Origin: Nannocystales bacterium
GTDB lineage: Bacteria; Myxococcota_A; Polyangia; Nannocystales; Nannocystaceae
Assembly: GCA_050633305.1 (NCBI GenBank)
Contig: JBOEGF010000018.1
Span: 896,001-960,000 of the forward strand
Length of the DNA: 64,000 bases
Direction of reading: 5' to 3'
In this document: piece by piece, positions 58,143 through 64,000 of the stretch
Numbering within the stretch: the first letter of the stretch is position 1
Layout: every line of letters starts with the position of its first letter
Notes under the pieces: model-generated
What the model saw: the letters and a program-made list of their open reading frames with translations, nothing else
The model's database searches: none
What the model was told of the DNA's origin: nothing
Translations under genes and position numbers: made by a program

Positions 58143-60563
58143 TCACTGCGCCGAGAGTCGCAGCGGGAAGGTGATCTTCGTCCCGGCCGGAAGGTCGGGC
58201 CAGTCGGCTCTGAGAAGTACGGACTTGAAGCAGGCCTTCACGTTCTTCAGGGCCCCCGCGGTCGTCCGCACCTCCACGCCGTCCGCAGTCCACTCGAGCT
58301 CGATCGGGAACACGTACCTCGTGTTGCGGCTGAAGTCGGAAGAACGCTCGTAACAGGCTCGTAGCGCCCGGCGGACGGCCTGGGCGGGCTTTCGGATGTC
58401 GCCCACGCGAATCCCCGTCGGGGTTTTCGGGCGGCCGAAAGTGACGCGAGCCCGTGGTTGCCAGTTCCGGCTGTTCGACGGCTGGACGAACTCCTGGGGC
58501 ACGGACCCCACGGTCCCGAAGGAAGGGTCGTTGATGTTCGCGCCCTCGACGACGTATTCGGACTCCGCGGCGGTGGTGCCCGCGAGGCTGAGCCCGGCGG
58601 AGCTCCTCGACGCGGTGGCGCTGGCGCTGACCACGAGCACCTCGGAGCCCTCAGCCACCAGCCGCGGACGGCCATCACCGATGACTCGGGACCCATCGAC
58701 GGCGACGAGGCTCGTGAATGCGGTCACGATGTGGTGCCGCAGCCCGATCCTCGTGATCGCGGCTTTGGTCGCGTCGTCATGCGACGTCCACCAGTCGAAC
58801 TCAAGGTCGGCGACGGCCGCCCGAGCCCACAGCGTGTCCAGGGCGTTCCCTCTGTGCGAGGCGTCCACGACCCTCACGGGGATCTCGACGGGGGCGGGAC
58901 CTGCGTTGCCCTCAAGGACGAGTCGGGAGGAACCAACATCCCCGTGATACTGGCCGTGGACGATCGCTGCGTGGCTGGCAAAAAGACCGCCGAGGTCCTT
59001 CGGATGGTACTGGCTCAGCTGCAAGTCCCCGGAGTGCAGGCGAAGGTCGTCGACGATCGGGTGGTCGACCCAACGGGTGAAGGTTTGCACGACGTGGTGC
59101 AGGTCCTCCTGCGTCGCGAGGCGCAGGCCCGCGCCCAGACCCGCCTTCGACACGCCGTTGATGAGGTGTCCGTTGGGGGAGTCGCCGACCCCGATGCCGA
59201 AGACGCGCGCGTGCTGTCCGCGTTCGACCCGGGTCTTCACGAGCGTCCGGGTGGTCCGGATGACCTCGTCCTCGAACGAGATGAAGCCGTCGGTCAGTAG
59301 GAACACGTACCGGTGACGGCCGCGCTCCACGTCGTCGTGCAGTGCCAATTCGATGGCGTCGCCCATCTCCGTGCCGCCGCCTGACTCGAGACCGTCGAGG
59401 AATCGCAGCGCCTTCGCCAAGTTGGCGGCGTTGGCGGGACGGGGTCTCCCGAACAGCCGGGCGATCCCAGACTCGAAGGTCACCACGTCGAACGTATCGA
59501 CGGGGCGCATATGGGTGAGCGCCCGGCGGACGGTCTCCTTGGACAATGCGAGCGGCTCACCGCCCATGGAGCCCGAGCGGTCGATGACGAAGACGAACTC
59601 CCGTCGCCCGACGAGAGCGTCGACGTCGAGGTCGGGCGGGTGGACCACGAGGGCGAAGCGGCCGCGGCCCAACACATCCTGCGGGCCGAGGAACATGGTC
59701 GCGCGGGGGTCGGGTCCGGCCACGGCATAGCGAAGGACGAAGTCTCGGTTGGGGCGCTCGTCCGCCCTCGCCAGTTCGACGTGTAGTTCGCCTGCTACGA
59801 CCTCTCCGACGACCTCGTGCGTCGGAGTCCACCACCGCTCGATCGGGTGTCCGGTCTTCGCGCGGATGCGGAGTTCGATGTCGTCACCTCGACGCAGGCC
59901 CGCTCCCGCGATGGCGGGCGAGACTCTGCCCGCGTCGGCCGTCGTTCCATGGTCGTACCGGGGGCCGATCACCATCGGAAAGACGAACTCGTACGTGCCC
60001 GCGTCGTAGCTCAGCGTCTGGACGTAGTCGATCTCAACGTCGATGTCTTCGCCTGGGGGGATATTCGCGAGGGACTGGGTGAAGACGTTGGGGCGTTCTT
60101 GTTCGAGAAGCGCGGCGGCGTGCCCCTGCTCCTTGGCCTCCTCGTAGGTCATCCGCGCCTGTTCACGATCCTGGATTCGGCTCTCGATGACCCGCCCGCC
60201 AACGACCAGTCGCATCCGAGACACGGCAGCGTTCTCGGGCAGGGGAAAAGCGAAAACTACCTCTATGACGTCGGTGGCCTCGTTGCGGAAGGTCTGCGAG
60301 ACCGTGACGTCTGCAACGTGTCCGGTGAGCACCGCGTCGACATCGGTGTGCACGAGGGGGAGTGCGGTCCCTGTGCCATCGACCACCGTAGGAAGGTCGC
60401 CGGGGTCGGTGTGGCTCCACAGTCCGCCCGGGGTGGCGCGCCCGCCCTTCCACGCTCGAGAACCGTCGATCTCCTCGGGCTCGACGGTTCTCGAGCGCCC
60501 CGAGGTGCAGGCTGTCAGGAGGAGGAGGAGGAGGAGTCCCCAGCCAAGCCGTCTCGCTGTCAT
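58143..60563 (-). CDS. VIT plus vWA domain lipoprotein with a C-terminal TonB-C/AgmX-like domain
   Basis: Lipobox LTAC; VIT (LPLVHTDV..FPLPENAAV..ALLEQERPNVF); MIDAS DRSGSM, GGTEM, LLTDG; C-terminal ALRACYE..ACF. Confidence 0.85.
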   Translation of the reverse strand: MTARRLGWGLLLLLLLTACTSGRSRTVEPEEIDGSRAWKGGRATPGGLWSHTDPGDLPTVVDGTGTALPLVHTDVDAVLTGHVADVTVSQTFRNEATDVIEVVFAFPLPENAAVSRMRLVVGGRVIESRIQDREQARMTYEEAKEQGHAAALLEQERPNVFTQSLANIPPGEDIDVEIDYVQTLSYDAGTYEFVFPMVIGPRYDHGTTADAGRVSPAIAGAGLRRGDDIELRIRAKTGHPIERWWTPTHEVVGEVVAGELHVELARADERPNRDFVLRYAVAGPDPRATMFLGPQDVLGRGRFALVVHPPDLDVDALVGRREFVFVIDRSGSMGGEPLALSKETVRRALTHMRPVDTFDVVTFESGIARLFGRPRPANAANLAKALRFLDGLESGGGTEMGDAIELALHDDVERGRHRYVFLLTDGFISFEDEVIRTTRTLVKTRVERGQHARVFGIGVGDSPNGHLINGVSKAGLGAGLRLATQEDLHHVVQTFTRWVDHPIVDDLRLHSGDLQLSQYHPKDLGGLFASHAAIVHGQYHGDVGSSRLVLEGNAGPAPVEIPVRVVDASHRGNALDTLWARAAVADLEFDWWTSHDDATKAAITRIGLRHHIVTAFTSLVAVDGSRVIGDGRPRLVAEGSEVLVVSASATASRSSAGLSLAGTTAAESEYVVEGANINDPSFGTVGSVPQEFVQPSNSRNWQPRARVTFGRPKTPTGIRVGDIRKPAQAVRRALRACYERSSDFSRNTRYVFPIELEWTADGVEVRTTAGALKNVKACFKSVLLRADWPDLPAGTKITFPLRLSAQ

Positions 60564-60755
60564 GACGGGCCAACGAGGACGCGAGCCGGACCCTACAGAT
60601 TCCTGGGATGAACGGCGCGCGTGGGCATCCGTTTCGGTTGTTGCGGACTCGCTGCGGTCTACCGGGGAGGGATGCGGAACCGCGCGTCGGTTGGGCCAAG
60701 AACTCGTGGGCTCCCACATCGCCAGCCGGCCCCGTTGGCGACTACCATCGGGGGG

Positions 60756-63683
60756 GTGAAGGGGTGTTTCGATGAAGAACAGCTACGCGCGCGTGTGGCG
60801 GGCGTAGCGTCCCCCAAGGAGGTCGCACTCCAGAACGTTCATGTCGCGTTGTGCCCACGTTGTCGGGAACGACTCGCCGAGGCGTTTCAAGCCATCACGA
60901 GAGACGTGAACCGTGCGCGTACTCCCTCGGCATGCCGTCCCGGAGATACGGTCGGGCGATACGTCATCGAGCGCAAGATCGGCGAGGGAGGCATGGGCAC
61001 GGTCTATGCTGCGTTCGACCCTCGCCTCGAGCGAACGGTCGCGATCAAGGCTCTGCACCTGTCGAACCGGACTCCGGATGCGGCGCGAGAGGAGCTGCGC
61101 CACGAAGCCCGAGCGATGGCGCAGGTTCGCAGCGATCACGTTGTGAGCGTGTATGAGGTCGTGGAGTCCCACAACGACCTGTTTCTCGTGATGGAGCTGG
61201 TCGAAGGGGTGAGCTTGAGCCGGTGGCTCAAGAAACGGGACCGCCCCTGGAAGGAGATGCTCGAGCTCCTCCTCCAAGCCGGGCGGGGGCTGGCCGACGC
61301 ACACGAATGCGGCGTTCTGCACCGCGACTTCAAGCCCCTCAACGTTCTGGTCCGTGATCCGGACGCGCTGCATCCGGCCGCCCTCGTCACCGACTTCGGA
61401 CTGTCCACGGTGCTGGACGTGCCGCGACTCGTCACGACCGGGCGAGCGCCGGGGTCGAGCTGGGAGACGGAAGACCAGGGGAGCACGGTTCGCGGAACGC
61501 CCAAGTACATGGCCCCCGAGCTGCTCAACCGCATGCCCATCGGGCCGCCGGCGGATCAGTTCGCGTTTGCGGTCTCCGTGTACCAAACACTTTGGCGACG
61601 CGCGCCGTTCTCGGGCGAAGGCCTCGCGGCGCTCCGAGATGCGATGATGGCCGACGGGCCCGCGGCGCCGCCCAAGCGGGGCCGAGCCAAGGTGCTCTGG
61701 CCGACCATTCGCCGGGGACTCGCCTGGGACCCCGCGGAGCGGTGGCCAGACATGACGGCTTTTTGCGACGCACTCGAGGCCGCGCGAGACGGCGCCGCTG
61801 GAAAGCGGCCATTCATCGCCACCGTCGCCGTGGCTTGCTCGGCAGCGGCGCTTGTCGCTGGAGGAGGAGAAGCTTCCGCAGCGTGTGATGGCGCGGGAGC
61901 GGCGATGCAAGCGGCCTGGGACGCTTCGGCTCGCGCTCGGGTGGTGGCATCACTACGCAGCAGCGGGACTCCCTTGGCCGCCCACGCCAGCGCTTCCTAC
62001 ACGACCACTGTGGACGCTTACGCGGAGCGGTGGATCTCGATGCGCGTTGAGGTCTGCGAGGATGCGGGAGCCCTCGGGGCGAGCCCTTCGAAACGCGGTG
62101 CGCGACTGCGGTGCCTGCAACAGGGCCTCTCTGCGACGAAGGCCGCTGTCGAGACGGTCGTCTCCGGGAAGGCGGGGGTCGAAGACGTCGCGGATATCGC
62201 GGCAGAGCTCCCTTCGTTGGCGGCCTGCACGGCCGACCGCGTTGGCCTTACCACCGGGCTGCAGGCCTCAGGCGTGGACGAGGAGATGGCACGGATGATC
62301 GAAGGCGAGTTGGCGACGGCAGCCTCGCTCCGGACTGCCGGCTCTCTTCGTCCAGCTCGCGAAGCCGCGCAGGTCGCAGTGGAGCTTGCGCATCGCCACG
62401 GCGATGCTCGGGCCGAGGCTCGCGGCCTGTTGATCCGAGGCTCGCTCGAGAACATCCTCGACGGCGCTGAGCAAGCCAGAACGACCTTGTTGCAGGCGCT
62501 GCTCCTGTTCCGCGGCTTGGACGACCGAGCCTCCGTCGTCCGGGTGGAGGCGAAGTTGTCGACGCTGTCCTCGGGCCTCGATCGCCGTACCTGGTCGGAG
62601 CGGGCGATGCTGGACGCGGTTGGGATCCGAGACCCAGAGGTCCATGCCATCGCGGTTGATGCCGCTGGCCTCGATGCCTACTACGCGGGCGAACTCTCCA
62701 CGGCCCAGGAGCGCTTCTCCCTTGCGCTGCAACACGCGGCGGAAAGTTCTGCCGCCACGCGCTCGAAGATCCTCCAGCACCTCGGCGCCACGTTTGAGCA
62801 GCGCGGGGAGCTGCCGGCGGCGGCCGAACACTTCCGCGCCGCGATGGACTTGGACGTCGAACACTATGGCCCCGAACACCCGCGTGTGGTGCAGGGCGTA
62901 CTCACCCTGGCCGACCTGCTGATCCACGACTCGAAGCTCTCGGATGCGGGTGCCTTGCTCGAAGGCGTCTTGGAGACCTGCCGCGCGAACCAGCATCCGC
63001 CGCGCGTTCTCGCGGATGCGTTGGTGACGAGCGGGGACCTGCAGACGCGGGTGGGGGACCTGGCTGCGGCCAAGGCGCTCCTCGCCGAAGCGGTCGAGCT
63101 CTCCGATGCCAACCCCGACATCCCGCGGCGCATCCTGTCAGACGGTCTTCAGCTCCTCAGCCAGGTGCACCAGCTCGAAGGCGATGCCGACGCGGCACGA
63201 CCGCTCCGAGAGCGCGCGGTGACAGTGCTTCAAGAGTCCCAAGGTCCCGACGACCCGCGCACAGCCGCGGCGGAGGTCGCCCTTGCATGGACCCTCCGCG
63301 AACTCGAGCTCCACGACGAGGCTCGGGCCCTCGGCATGCATGCGCTCGAGGTGTTCGGCGACCATGAGGGCTTCATTCGGATGATCCCGTGGACCCACAA
63401 CTTGCTCGGCTGCGTCGCGCGCGACACCGGGGACTCGGCGTCCGCGATCGAGCACCACCGGTTCGCCTATGACGTGCTGACCACGTTGGCCGGCACTCCG
63501 GGGCCATCCGAGCTGCAGACGCTTCTGTTCAAAGCCCGTGCGGAACGCCAAGCGGGAGAACGGGACGCCGCGACCCGGACCCTGGAGCGCGCCCAGGAGG
63601 TTCGTGACGAGCATGAGGCCGATCTCGAGCCACAGCTCGTCGAAGAGCTGGATTCACTGGTCGAACTCCATGCGGCGGAGTGA
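60756..63683 (+). CDS. Ser/Thr protein kinase with an N-terminal HxxxCxxC motif and C-terminal TPR repeats
   Basis: HVALCPRC, GEGGMGTVY, HRDFKPLN, DFG, GTPKYMAPE, ADQFAF, kinesin-light-chain-like TPRs (GPEHPRV, GPDDPRT). Confidence 0.9.
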   Translation: MKGCFDEEQLRARVAGVASPKEVALQNVHVALCPRCRERLAEAFQAITRDVNRARTPSACRPGDTVGRYVIERKIGEGGMGTVYAAFDPRLERTVAIKALHLSNRTPDAAREELRHEARAMAQVRSDHVVSVYEVVESHNDLFLVMELVEGVSLSRWLKKRDRPWKEMLELLLQAGRGLADAHECGVLHRDFKPLNVLVRDPDALHPAALVTDFGLSTVLDVPRLVTTGRAPGSSWETEDQGSTVRGTPKYMAPELLNRMPIGPPADQFAFAVSVYQTLWRRAPFSGEGLAALRDAMMADGPAAPPKRGRAKVLWPTIRRGLAWDPAERWPDMTAFCDALEAARDGAAGKRPFIATVAVACSAAALVAGGGEASAACDGAGAAMQAAWDASARARVVASLRSSGTPLAAHASASYTTTVDAYAERWISMRVEVCEDAGALGASPSKRGARLRCLQQGLSATKAAVETVVSGKAGVEDVADIAAELPSLAACTADRVGLTTGLQASGVDEEMARMIEGELATAASLRTAGSLRPAREAAQVAVELAHRHGDARAEARGLLIRGSLENILDGAEQARTTLLQALLLFRGLDDRASVVRVEAKLSTLSSGLDRRTWSERAMLDAVGIRDPEVHAIAVDAAGLDAYYAGELSTAQERFSLALQHAAESSAATRSKILQHLGATFEQRGELPAAAEHFRAAMDLDVEHYGPEHPRVVQGVLTLADLLIHDSKLSDAGALLEGVLETCRANQHPPRVLADALVTSGDLQTRVGDLAAAKALLAEAVELSDANPDIPRRILSDGLQLLSQVHQLEGDADAARPLRERAVTVLQESQGPDDPRTAAAEVALAWTLRELELHDEARALGMHALEVFGDHEGFIRMIPWTHNLLGCVARDTGDSASAIEHHRFAYDVLTTLAGTPGPSELQTLLFKARAERQAGERDAATRTLERAQEVRDEHEADLEPQLVEELDSLVELHAAE

Positions 63684-64000
63684 CCCTCGGGGCCGCCCTC
63701 GCCTTGCTGCGCGTCTGCGCGCCTTGCGTTACATCTCACCGCATCCGGCGAACGTGTGCGTCTGCCGCTCGCGAGGGCGCGTTCTTGCTCTGATGGCGTG
63801 CGCAACCGAGGATGGGAGACTCGCTCTTGCCGAACCGAACAAAGAATCGCCGTCAGGTTCACCCGTTTCGGCGAGTCCGTGTCCCCAAGGAGATGCGCAT
63901 GCTTGGTTCCCAGGGTTTCGCTGCCGCGCTTGGCGCTGAGCACTCGTCCGAGCGGATGCCGCGGGTCCGACGCAGCGACGTCGTTTCTTGTTGGCTACTG

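Noticed and set aside
63684..64000. ORFs or ncRNA at the right edge
   Set aside because: No motif or convincing structure, and too little context to call.

Overview
This is a high-GC window, most likely from a myxobacterium (Myxococcota, Nannocystaceae-like). That call is inferred from several Hanks-type Ser/Thr kinases, a VIT-vWA protein, an ECF sigma/anti-sigma cassette, Cys-rich lipoproteins and a MYXO-CTERM-like tail. I found about 55 protein genes and no rRNA, tRNA, CRISPR array or transposase. Main blocks: (1) 1-11.2 kb, a glycan-sulfation locus: GT-C-type glycosyltransferase, PA14 protein, sulfotransferase, stand-alone CysC, HAL2-type PAP phosphatase, SLC13 transporter, cysD/cysNC and a GT2. 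(2) 11-19.8 kb, alkB, ThrE/Lrp, a kinase, an sn-glycerol-1-phosphate dehydrogenase homolog and a radical SAM enzyme. (3) 19.8-24.4 kb, a tightly packed five-gene minus-strand run: CNPP-repeat lipoprotein, ferritin-like diiron protein, SKPT-repeat secreted protein and two RlaP-like nucleotidyltransferases. (4) 24.5-43.5 kb, mixed housekeeping and accessory genes (coaX, LysR pairs, metzincin, an AGCS transporter with a large duplicated insert). (5) 43.8-48 kb, Tat-lipoprotein TldD, TldE and a COG0523 GTPase, with a shared 17-bp Zur-like palindrome before tldD and before the COG0523 gene. (6) 48.5-53.5 kb, the ECF cassette. (7) 54.5-58.1 kb, a decaying patch: a perfect 40-bp palindrome, a frameshifted MerR-HEAT gene with an intact MerR operator, and a truncated kinase. 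(8) 58.1-63.7 kb, VIT-vWA and a kinase-TPR protein. All calls come from motif recognition by eye; no database searches were run and many start codons are my estimates.
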